This document shows, piece after piece, positions 1 to 10,063 of a stretch of DNA of 20,000 bases. The notes under the pieces were generated by a model. It saw nothing but the letters and a program-made list of their open reading frames with translations, was not told the DNA's origin and ran no database searches. The stretch's first letter is position 1; the number at the start of each line of letters is the position of its first letter. Origin of the DNA: Reclinomonas americana ATCC 50394 (Eukaryota); contig PS015219.1 in assembly GCA_048213135.1 (NCBI GenBank), forward strand, positions 143,176 through 163,175, in the 5' to 3' direction. A program made the position numbers and the translations under genes.

Positions 1-2644
1 GACCACATACACCGAGCAGCGATCGGCACCGACAATGTCTCGTGTGCAGTCGGCGATGCGCAGCAAGCAGTTGCTTGTCGTGTCGTGACTGAGAATGTTG
101 GCAAACTCCACGTACGTGTTGCTGCGCACAATCTCCTTTTGTGTGCGCTCATGATGCAGCGCATTGGTCAGCGAGATGCCGACAAACACTCCGAGAATGG
201 TGCAAAAGTATTCGTCGTCGTCAGTGTACGGCTCGCCGCCGTTCTTGTTGATGAACTGCAGCACACCAATGATCTGTCCGTGACTCTTGATTGGCAGGCA
301 CAGCATGCTCTGCGTGTATGCATGTGAGCCCACCGTTTTCCAACGCGGAAACGATTTCGAGATGATTTCCGTACCTTGGTGGTGTAGCCGGTGAGCTCGT
401 CGACATCGTGATTGAAACGCGGGTGCGCGTAGGCGTCGCGAACATTGAGCACCGTCTCTGCAGCGGTCGTGCACACACGAATGAGGAGACGCGTGTGTGG
501 TGCACCACAAAACAGAGAATGCGAGTTGTTACGCACCCGACGTGACACACAAGCCCGCAATACCCGATGTCGCGGGCAAGCGGAATTCACTCATGCCATC
601 GGCCATCAGCGACACCAACTCGTTTGTGTCCTTGTCCAACAAGAACATGGTGGCGCTGTGCATGTGCGCGAGGTGGTGAGTGACGAGCAACATCGTTTTG
701 TCACCGTCGCACTCACCGGTCGGAGCGTGTCAGTGTGCGGGCATCTGTGAGGATTTGAGATGCGAGTTGTGTGGTCGAAATGTTGCTCTGCGCAGGGCGG
801 TCGGGCAGTGAGGATGCTTGTCGACGTGCAATCACAGTGCAGGCTCGCGCACCGTGACATCTCGAGCGAATCCGAGAAGCGCCTGCAGTCGGTCCTTGTC
901 GTTGCGTGCGTGCTCGTAGTTGCGCTCCAGCAGCTGCTTGCTGAGAATGTTGTCGAAGGCCAGGCTGACCGACTGCAACACAATCTCCACCGCCTGCACC
1001 ACTTGATCGTCCATTTGGCGTCGGCTGCTGCCCCGCTGAATGCCGTAGACGAGAACGCCAGCATGCTATGATAGGAGATAGAGTTGGCACACGAGACAGG
1101 CATCAAACATATCACAAACAAAGATCCACTCTTACCGATGTCTTGTCGCGGTTCTGGAACGGCGAAAAGGCTACCTGCGTCACTGGAGCTGCTGTGCCGT
1201 GCAGTGCCGGATCATCGGTCCGTGCATTGTATCGTCTGTCGCTCGACAGATCTGCGACATGCACCACCGGCGAGCAGCTCAGCACGCTGCATCGAACCTT
1301 GCAGACTAAAAAGAACCGATGCTCACCATTGACCACCACCGTGGTCTGCGTGTTCATGGCAAACATGNNNNNNNNNNNNNNNNNNNNNNNNNNNNNNNNN
1401 NNNNNNNNNNNNNNNNNNNNNNNNNNNNNNNNNNNNNNNNNNNNNNNNNNNNNNNNNNNNNNNNNNNNNNNNNNNNNNNNNNNNNNNNNNNNNNNNNNNN
1501 NNNNNNNNNNNNNNNNNNNNNNNNNNNNNNNNNNNNNNNNNNNNNNNNNNNNNNNNNNNNNNNNNNNNNNNNNNNNNNNNNNNNNNNNNNNNNNNNNNNN
1601 NNNNNNNNNNNNNNNNNNNNNNNNNNNNNNNNNNNNNNNNNNNNNNNNNNNNNNNNNNNNNNNNNNNNNNNNNNNNNNNNNNNNNNNNNNNNNNNNNNNN
1701 NNNNNNNNNNNNNNNNNNNNNNNNNNNNNNNNNNNNNNNNNNNNNNNNNNNNNNNNNNNNNNNNNNNNNNNNNNNNNNNNNNNNNNNNNNNNNNNNNNNN
1801 NNNNNNNNNNNNNNNNNNNNNNNNNNNNNNNNNNNNNNNNNNNNNNNNNNNNNNNNNNNNNNNNNNNNNNNNNNNNNNNNNNNNNNNNNNNNNNNNNNNN
1901 NNNNNNNNNNNNNNNNNNNNNNNNNNNNNNNNNNNNNNNNNNNNNNNNNNNNNNNNNNNNNNNNNNNNNNNNNNNNNNNNNNNNNNNNNNNNNNNNNNNN
2001 NNNNNNNNNNNNNNNNNNNNNNNNNNNNNNNNNNNNNNNNNNNNNNNNNNNNNNNNNNNNNNNNNNNNNNNNNNNNNCACAGACTGATGCCGGTATCCTC
2101 CGTGCGTTGCACAGTCTTGCCTTGATCGTCGACGCAGAACCACACCAACTTCTTGTGCCGTGCGTCGTGGAACACGATATTTGCAAAGTCCACCGGCAAC
2201 ACGGCTGTGTGTGGGGGGAGTGTGAGCACGCTGATACTCTTCCTCACTCTCTCTCTCTCCCTTTCTCCCACTCACGCACCTGGTAGTCCCTGCTTCACCG
2301 CGGTCATGAGACCCGACGGATCCTTGTCGCACATGCCACATGTCACAATGGTATCGAGCAGGTCGCAGGCGGCCACCATGCGCTCTGCCGGAATTAGCTC
2401 GCGCAGCAGTCGAGCCGTCTGCAGCTTCGCTCCACCTGCTCCAGCCACGCCCGCTGCCGCTTCGCCGACGGAGGATGAGCCCACCGAGCTCGCACCCCGT
2501 GATCGGCCGGCACTCGTCGCACGCGCGCTCATGCTTCCGCCTCGCGCACTGCTCAGTGGTGTCTGATCCTCGCTGAACCGGGGCGTCACCAGGGCCGGCG
2601 CGAAAGACAGCGCGCCTCCTCCCAAGATTGGCACCGGATCTACA

Positions 2645-2678
<34 letters not shown>

Positions 2679-3270
2679 CGATGATTTAATGCATGCATTG
2701 CAATCGTGCACAAAAAATCGAGAAAACGGAACAAGACGTAACTGACAATGCCGAGCATCGTCGCTCCGGCGTGCACTCCAATGTCTTGCAGCGCATTCGC
2801 ATCGTCCAGCGCAAGCCCATCATACGATAGTACCTGACTCCACTCCTCGAATCCTGCCGTCACATGCGTGTGTGAGCCGGAAGACACACAAACCAAACGA
2901 GAGACAGACGGACGAGTGCCGGTATTGAGGAAAACGTGAGTGATACACGAAACAAAGAATGACACGGCTGTGTGTGTGTGCGTGCGTGTGTGTGCGTCTC
3001 TCGCCCTTTCACGGGTGCGCACACAGAAGGGAGAGAACACACGCAGAGGAGTGCGAGAGTGAAGGGAGTGTTTCGGAATACTAACGGCGCGTCACGCATC
3101 CGGCAAGGAATAGGCACAAAGGAAGAGCCGTCCACTCCACACTCACCCGTCTGCGCCTTCACCAACGCCTTCACATCTCGCAGGGTGGCGTCAGCCGCAG
3201 CATCCACCTCCACACGCTGTTGCGTGACAGCTCCGCGTTCGACACGCGTCAAGTTGACCGAAAAGCGCAT
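1..3270 (-). CDS. Multi-exon protein with N-terminal ubiquitin-like domain and at least 3 tandem GAF domains (PDE/cyclase-type GAF); 3' part lies outside the window
   Basis: ATG at 3270. Spliced translation: MRFSVNLTRVERG...TLRDVKALVKAQT|GFEEWSQVLSYDGLALDDANALQDIGVHAGATMLGIV (Ubl-like). GAF segments follow: LPVDFANIVFHD...; VVVN|DLSSDRRYN; SDR|ATMFLLDKDTNELVS...GIAGLCVTS|AETVLNVRDAYAHPRFNHDVDELTGYTTK|SMLCLPIKSHGQIIGVLQFINKNGGEPYTDDDE (NKFDE-like motif); then VGADRCSVYVV at the window edge. Continuity across the 1368-2077 gap is inferred. Confidence 0.8.
1368..2077. other. Assembly gap (710 N)
   Basis: Run of N inside the GAF gene. Confidence 0.99.
2645..2676. repeat. (AAGC)n tetranucleotide microsatellite, intronic
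   Basis: aagcaagcaagc... about 8 units in intron 2 of the GAF gene. Confidence 0.95.
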
Positions 3271-3449
3271 GTGAGACAACTCAACCACGCCGCCGCAGCG
3301 ACTGAGACCAGAGAGGACGACTGGGGGTGTTGCTCCAGTGGCTTTCGGAGTCCCCTGTTGGTTTCTTCTTTGCTCCGAACTCTTTTCTCTCGCTCACAGC
3401 CTAAAAACGGTCGCAGTATGTGCTCGCGCGATCACACTGTCCCATCACA

Positions 3450-4746
3450 ATGCTCGTGCGACGTCGCGCTCTTGTGCTCCTGCGCCATCTCGCGCAACCG
3501 CCCTCAGTGCGACCGTTGAGCACTACTGGCATGTCACATCAAGTGCAGCGCACAAAGCTGCAGGAGATCATGTCGAGCAAGGAGCAAGCAGAAGGTCTCT
3601 CTCTCTCACACTCTCTCCTTGGCCGCTGCGCACAGCTCGTTCTCACGTGTGAGCAGGGTGGGATGAGGCATGGCGCACGGGTGTCACTCCGTGGGAGACC
3701 AGTGAGGCGTGGTGCGCATTGTTCATCATCATCGTCCTCATCTTTGTTTCTTTGTGTTGACATCTCCCCTGCATGCAGTCCTCTGCTGCGACGACTGGTG
3801 GCCACCAACTGGTTTGCGCATCATCAGGCGCGACCGGATGGTGGACGCGCACTGGTCCCTGGAATGGTGCATCCTCCCCTCGTCGCGATCGATCGCTGTC
3901 TTCTTTTTGCTGANNNNNNNNNNNNNNNNNNNNCTACACTTGCACAGGGAACGGGATACGATTGCCACGCGCTCAAGGGCGCCTTCCGCACAGTGGTCGG
4001 GCTCGATCTGGTGGAGGTGGCCGTGGAGCGTGCCCGCAAGGTGCTCACTCTTTCTCTCTTCGTCTCTCTCTCTCTCTCTCTCTCTCATACACAATCGTCG
4101 CAGATCGCGGAGGAGCGCAAGGTGGAAGGCTGTGAGTTTATTGCCGCCGACTTTTTCACTTACAAGCCCGACAAGCCGTACTCGTTCATCTTTGAGTTGC
4201 GTGTGCCGTGCTGCTGCTGCTCGTCTGCCGAGTGCCCGTCACTCACACGTTCTCCATCTCGTGGTCGCAGTTATGCGTTGCGTCTCTCCGCAAGACGAGA
4301 GCAGTGGTCGGTGTGGACATGCTGACCCCTTTCCCTGCCACGCAGCTTCCTGGCCGCACTGCCACCGTCCCTGCGACAGCCGTGGGCAGAGAAGGTCTGC
4401 CATTCCTTGCCGCCGTCTCTGCGACGTAGATTGTGACTGACAACCGTGCATCAAAGATGAAGGAATTGTTGTGCCCGGGCGGCGAACTGCTGACGCTCAT
4501 CTTCCCGCTGGGCACCTACGAGGGCGGCCCGCCATACGCCATGAGCTACGAGCTGTTGCGTGAAGTTGTCCCCGAATACCAGTATCATTGGTGCAACGTC
4601 GCGCGACTTACACGTTTTTTCCGCGCAGTGTGCAAGGCTTGCTGCGGCCGCTCGGCTTTGAGAACATCTACGACGAACCAGTGGTGAAGGACTCGATCAA
4701 GCCACGCCGAGGCGCCGAGCGTGCCGTCGTATGGCGACGTCCATGA
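3450..4746 (+). CDS. SAM-dependent thiol/halide methyltransferase (HOL1/TPMT family), 9 exons
   Basis: Spliced: ...EGWDEAWRTGVTPWETSEACPLL...GRALVPGM|GTGYDCHAL...VVGLDLVEVAVERARK|...EFIAADFFTYKPDKPYSFIFD|YA|FLAALPPSLRQPWAEK|MKELLCPGGELLTLIFPLGTYEGGPPYAMSY...PRRGAERAVVWRRP*. Family motifs present: TPW, VPGxGxGYD, DFF, FDY, GGPP. ATGs at 3450 and 3531; TGA at 4744-4746. Confidence 0.92.
3914..3933. other. Assembly gap (20 N), intronic
   Basis: Run of N. Confidence 0.99.
4271..4276 (+). other. 6-nt microexon (TTATGC) in the methyltransferase
   Basis: Flanked by cgcag| and |gttgcg. Joining ga|ttatgc|c gives D-Y-A in the conserved FDYxF motif. Confidence 0.85.
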
Positions 4747-4882
4747 AGTTAAAACAAAAAGTTCGGTTTTTCTTTCGTCCAAAAGTGCCGGCACGCGCTT
4801 ATTGTTTTTGTGCTCCGATCGCGCAAGCCACCACCACCACCACCGCCACTGCCAACTCCCGCGCACGCGACACTAGTGTGAG

Positions 4883-4906
4883 ACACACACACAGAGAGAG
4901 AGAGAG
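4883..4906. repeat. (AC)n(AG)n compound microsatellite just upstream of the ATG at 4913
   Basis: acacacacacagagagagagagag. Confidence 0.9.
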
Positions 4907-4912
4907 TGAGAC

Positions 4913-6720
4913 ATGACGAGTCACCGCGACAGTGAGCCTGTGGTCACCGCACTGGCCTCGGACTCGCTCTACCACCAACTGCACATGCACCAAAAGCCTT
5001 CGATGATGGCGACAACGCAGCAGAGTGTGTCGGACGCTGTCAACAACGAGCTGGTGCTGCTGACAACACCACTCGCTCTCTGGGACACACTGCTGATGCC
5101 GACGACCATGCCTGCGCCTGCTGCTGTCGACTCGGCCGCATGTGCCATTGGCCCGTCCTCCTCTGCCTCCTCACCACCATCATCCTCTCTGTCACTGGTG
5201 GACGCACTCCGCAAGCTCAGTGACGTGCTGGCCCGTTGCGTCACTCGTTGTCAGTCGTCTGTTCGTCGTCCGTGCTCAGTTTCACTCACTGATCGCGATG
5301 CAGTTGGCCAGTGGCGACTGGAGCGCAGTGAGCACCTGGAGCGGCTGCTGGAGCTGGCCAAGCACAAGGACGCGGAGACACGACACGCGGCTGTGTCGGC
5401 CTTGTGGGCGGCGTTGCATGGTCGGTCGAGTTTGGTTTCAGCCAACTGACACACCAATCATTGGTGGTGACTGACATGGTGATGTGTGATGGTGTGCAGA
5501 CAATGCCGAGTTGCAGTACATGCTGGGCGGGCTCGGTGGTGTGCGAGTGCTGAGCTCGCTGTTGGTCGACTCGTGTGCCGATGTGCGGTTGGCGGCTGGT
5601 GGAGCTCTGCGAAACGCGTTGGCGATTACTCCGCTCAATCGCGACGCGCTGTGCGAGTGTGGTGGTGTGGAGGATTTGGCGCGGTCCATTGCCCTTGGTG
5701 CCAACGTGGAGAATGTCGGAGCGCTGCGGAACGCCGTACGGAGTGAGCACAAGGGCAATGTCCGCACACTGCTGTCCAAGCCGTCGTATCTCGCCACGTT
5801 GATTGAGTGCTGTGCGTCGCGCGAGCGATCAGCAGTGCAGGAGCAGGCGCTTGCAGCCATCATCAGTGTGGTCAAGAGTTGCGGAATGCATCAGTGGAAA
5901 GGCAAAGAGTGCAGTTGAGTTGACGCTATATATGTGTGTACAGGCGACCGATCGAGTCGCAAGATGCTGGAGGATCTGGACGGGTGGGATCGGATTCGCG
6001 CATTGAGCGATCCCGGCAACTCGTGCGACGCTGTGCGACTGCTGGCCGAAGAGGCGCTCAAGCAACGGAGAGGTTTGTCAGTCGTGAGTGCACCACTGGT
6101 GACAATCTGCGCCGTGCTTCTCACCACCACCACCCCCAACAACAGCACTGTTGCACTGGTCGGCAGACCCAGCCACCAGCTCTGCAGGCGTTGCGTCTCT
6201 CATTGCATTGCGCTATTTCCTTCTTTGTTTATTGACACTTTCGTGCAGTACGATTTCTTGTGGACGATTGACGAGGACGGCTCCCGAGTGACCAAGAGCC
6301 ACATGAATGAGATCATCACCATCTGCAAGGTGTGTACACACTGCAGGATCACTGCTGCGGCGTCTGTTGTCTTACATTTTCGTGTTCGTGCAGTCGGTCG
6401 AGTACTTTGAACCGAATTCGGGGGTGCATGAGTTCTCGCTGCTGGTGGTGCGCAAGACCAGCTCCAACAAGAGTCACATTGGCTTGTGTTCGCACACATA
6501 CAACAACACGTCGTTGAGTTTCGACGGTGCACTGCACATGCCGATGGAGGCCTTCAAGGATGGCGACGTGGTCAAGTGCATTGTCGACATGCGGGCCTTC
6601 CAGGCTCAATTCTTGGTGAATGGACGCGCCGTGGCCGACATGCCAGTGCCACGCACGTGGACACGGGTGCATGTGGCCGTGGCTGTGCGGCACTTGGGCG
6701 GTTGCTTTGCATTTTGCTAA
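4913..6720 (+). CDS. Armadillo/HEAT-repeat protein with C-terminal PRY-SPRY (B30.2) domain, about 7 exons
   Basis: ARM-like: LGGLGGVRVLSSLL...VRLAAGGALRN, CECGGVEDL, VQEQALAAI. PRY-like: LHWSADPATSSAG|YDFLWTIDEDGSRVTK. SPRY-like: SGVHEFSLLV...SHIGLC...FKDGDVVKCIVDM...FLVNG...VHVAV. TAA at 6718-6720. Confidence 0.8.
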
Positions 6721-6801
6721 TACCGGCGAATGGGTTGCAAGCGAGAGTGTCACAGGATATTCGTAGAGAGATATGTTGTTTTTTTGAGGAGTCACAATGA
6801 A

Positions 6802-8541
6802 TTAACGCTGTTGCGACAAGTAGGCCTTCTCGCGCGAATCATAAAAGTGCAGCAAGTCTTCGCCACGTGGTCCCGGTGCGACACCGTATCGAATCGGCCG
6901 TGGTGAGCTCTACGCACGCGAGGGAGTCAAAGCAGCACACAAGTCCACGGAGAGACAAACCACCATACCGTGATGAACTCGGCAGGAACCCGCTCTCCCA
7001 GCTCCAACGTGAATTCGTTCGAGTCCCTGTTACAAAGGGTGAGCGACAGATGACCACAAGACACACAACACTCATCGGCAAGGTACCTGAGTTTGACTCC
7101 ATCCTGTCCGCCGGGCCAGCCAACACCAATCTGCATGCGGGAGAAATGAGCGACCACCACGTGCGGCAGGGAAACACATACACGAGCGCAACATTCATGG
7201 CCACACACAGGCGTCCAGGTCCGGCGCACATCTCCGTAATGGGAATGCGACGAGGACGGGCTGCCGTCGATCGCTGACTGCGATACTCTTCCATGGCTTC
7301 GACTCCCTCCAGTGGTTTCAGTGCGCGAATGAGAACGCTGCACTTGTTGGGCAGCACAATGTTGAAGAGCGGGTAGCCCTGCAGTGTGAATATGTAGGCT
7401 CGACCAACCGCGTCCGGTGCATGCAGAGTGCCGGTGGTCTTGGTGTCTGTGCAATGCATTCATTTGTCAGCCATGGCAGCACTCGGGGGAAAGGGCAGCA
7501 TGGGCCATAGGGACGCAACGTGCATGTGACCCCGGATCTGTCACACCGTAATAGGCCTCCAGCTCCACAATCTTGGCCTTCATCTCGTGCCCGTCACACC
7601 TGCATGCACGACGTCAGTGCAAAACACCAGCGATGTTCGCCTCTCTCTCTCACACACACTCTCTCACCGGCGGACCACCACAGCACCGAGGAGGAACCTG
7701 GCCACATCCTCCACCGCATACTGCGGCGACTCAATCACATCCCACAACTGCAGCACGCCGGCAGCGATGCGTGAGAGCGAGGACAACTGCGTGGCAACCA
7801 CACACACATACCGATGCATCCGGCGCAATCGGCACCGGCTGTGCGTCCTCGCCGCCAATCGCCGCAGCAATCGCTGGCGGGGGAGCAGCTGCCGACGCAG
7901 CTGCTGATGATTTCTGCCGCTTGCGCGGGGGCTCTGCTGCTGATGGTGCTGGTGGTGGTGGCGGTGGCGCGGCAGCTGCAGCTCCCCCAGCCGGACGGGC
8001 GAACCGCGACCAGTCGTCCTTTTTCTCCTTCTTCTCCTCCTCCTCTTGATCTTCTTCCGAGCCACCGCCATCGTCGACAATCATCACATCACCATCGTCG
8101 TCGACGGCCAGCACCTCGGGCGATCGCGATCGCTTCCGCGGCATCGCCACTGCATTCGTCGAGTTGAGAACGACCTCCACCGCACCGGCAGCGAGGCCGC
8201 CATGAATACCGCACGCCAGCAGCGAGTCGTGCACGTCCGTGTCGTCGGGATTGGCGGCGTCAGTGGCCGGGTTGAGCAGACGCCCGTCGACCACCACCGA
8301 GCGTGCACGAAGCGGCGCAGCACCGTTGCCGACAATGCGCTGCATGCGTGTGGTCACTTGCTCGACCAGCGCGCCCAGTGTGTCGGCGTTGCGCAAACCG
8401 GTGAGCACAATGTGCTGCACGTCGGCGCCGCGAGTGACGCGCACCGAGCGCAAAGAGAACTGCAAATGGTGCGAATGGTTGGGAGCGCGCGCGTGTATGA
8501 TGAAGAAGGGACGACAAAACCCGCACCTGCTCCTCGCTCAT
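6802..8541 (-). CDS. MPG: DNA-3-methyladenine glycosylase (MPG/AAG family) with N-terminal Ubl-like domain and low-complexity linker, about 8 exons
   Basis: MSEEQ|FSLRSV... start (ATG 8541, intron 8526-8460). Catalytic domain: VARFLLGAVVVR|...KIVELEAYYGVTDPGSHA|...GRAYIF...FNIV...VLIRALKPLEGVEAM...CAGPGRLCVAMN...SSPRPIRYG...HFY. TAA at 6802-6804. Confidence 0.88.
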
Positions 8542-8626
8542 CGACACACAGAAAAACAAACAACAAATCGATGTCGACATCGATGTCGACCAAACGCCAA
8601 GAAAACACACAGGTCGATGTCGATCT

Positions 8627-9999
8627 TTATTCCGCCTCACTCCCACCACTCCCACTGCCACCTGCCGACGCCGATGCTCTCCTTCGTGCTCTCCGCACCG
8701 GCTTGGCTGCCCTTTCTCCGCTCTTGCTGGCCGATCCGCGCTCCGACTGCAACAGGAAATGAGTTGTTGGATGAAGAGAACGATGAGTGGCAAGCAACTG
8801 CAGCAGCGTACCGACTCCTCCCGCTTCATCCTCTTGCGTGGTGGTTCCGCGCTGTTCGATCGCATCTTCATGCGCTCCCGTTCCCGCTCCTTCTGCATCA
8901 GCAGCTTCTTCTTCTCACGACCGCGCAACGCCTTCAGTCCCTTCTTCTTCTTCTTGTGATTGAGCACGGGGGCGGAGGCGTCGGCCGACGACGCATCGTC
9001 GTCGTCACTGCTCGCTTCCGAACCACTGCGATGCGGCAGCTGGAGGACGAGCTTCTCCTGCTCCAGCTGCCAAGCGTGTATGCATGTCAGCAAGAGAAAC
9101 GCACAGCTCGCGATCGCGAACGCCGATGCCGTGCCGTGCCAACAAACCTTTTTGGCGTAGCGCTCGCTGTTGACCGACGGCTTCTCCAGAATCAGCACCA
9201 CACGCTGCATGTACAGAATGGGCAGGCCCGGCACGAGACGCATCTCGGCACGAAAATCCGGGTCCTCAGTGGCCAAGAAATAGTGGTCAGGGTTGTTCTC
9301 GCCGATAATGGCCCGAATGCTGTCGGGCGCCGAGCGCGGCACGACCTTCTTTGGCCCCTTTTCGCCCTCTCCCTTCTCCTCCTCCTCCCCATCCTCCTCC
9401 TCCTCGGCCTCCTTCTCCTTCTCACCACCTGCTGCTTCCTCGGCTGTCGGAGCACTGATGGGCCTTAGCCGCTGCGCATACCACCGCGCGTCGTTAAAGT
9501 CGGGACCGAGGCTACGCAGTTCCTGAACCACTTCACGCGTCACCAGTGCGCACACAAAGAGAGAGCGAGTCAAGGATCAAACACACAAGCGCGGACGCAG
9601 AGAAACGAGGGAGGTGTGGCGACAACAAAAAAAGGATATCCAACTGCACGCGATCGCCGAGCGCCTTCTCAATCATCTCCTGCGGATCGTTCTTGGTGCG
9701 CAGAATGGCCACGATGAAGCTCCCGTCCACTGCTCAAATGACGTCAGCAACTCTTCGCGCTGGCAACACCCCACCACCATAATCGTGGACGCAGAACAAG
9801 GTGCCGTTGAGCAGACGACACGAGCGGCCTCGGTGCACGTGCGGCGTGTGTGTGAATGTCTGTGCATGTGCAACGTCGCCCACCCTCCCCGCCTCGCCCC
9901 ACGCACGCAACAGAGAACGCGATACGGTGCGCGGAAGCCATAGACGGTGCGGAAGAAGAGCACCGTGCGGCGGAACTGTTTGAGTCGCTTGTAGCGCAT
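8627..9999 (-). CDS. UTP23: rRNA-processing PIN-domain protein Utp23 (Fcf1/Utp23 family), 5 exons
   Basis: MRYKRLKQFRRTVLFFRTVYGFRAPYRVL|LDGSF...VTREVVQELRSLG...IGENNPDHYFLATEDPDFRAEMRLVPGLPILY...LILEKPS, followed by a Lys/Arg-rich tail. TAA at 8627-8629. Confidence 0.92.
9546..9639 (-). other. U12-type (minor spliceosome) AT-AC intron, 94 nt, phase 1
   Basis: 5' site ATATCCTTT, branch site TCCTTGAC (9576-9569), 3' end CAC. Removal joins VQL-G|TG-VTREVV in frame. There is no AG within the intron to act as an acceptor. Confidence 0.93.
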
Positions 10000-10063
10000 G
10001 TGATTGTGATTGAAGAGGATGAGGACCAAGTCCTGCAACAATAATCGTCTTCGTTTTTTCTTT

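Noticed and set aside
1068-3040. Long ORFs of 268-642 aa in the ORF track
   Set aside because: Artefacts of translating through the N gap
4196-4202. Reading GTTGCG donors as non-canonical G|TT introns
   Set aside because: This would change conserved residues (FDY to FEY, IDF to SDF, LDG to WDG); GT-AG boundaries fit better
8046-9468. Long + strand ORFs (238 aa and 409 aa)
   Set aside because: Antisense shadows of GC-rich MPG and UTP23 exons with no recognisable motifs
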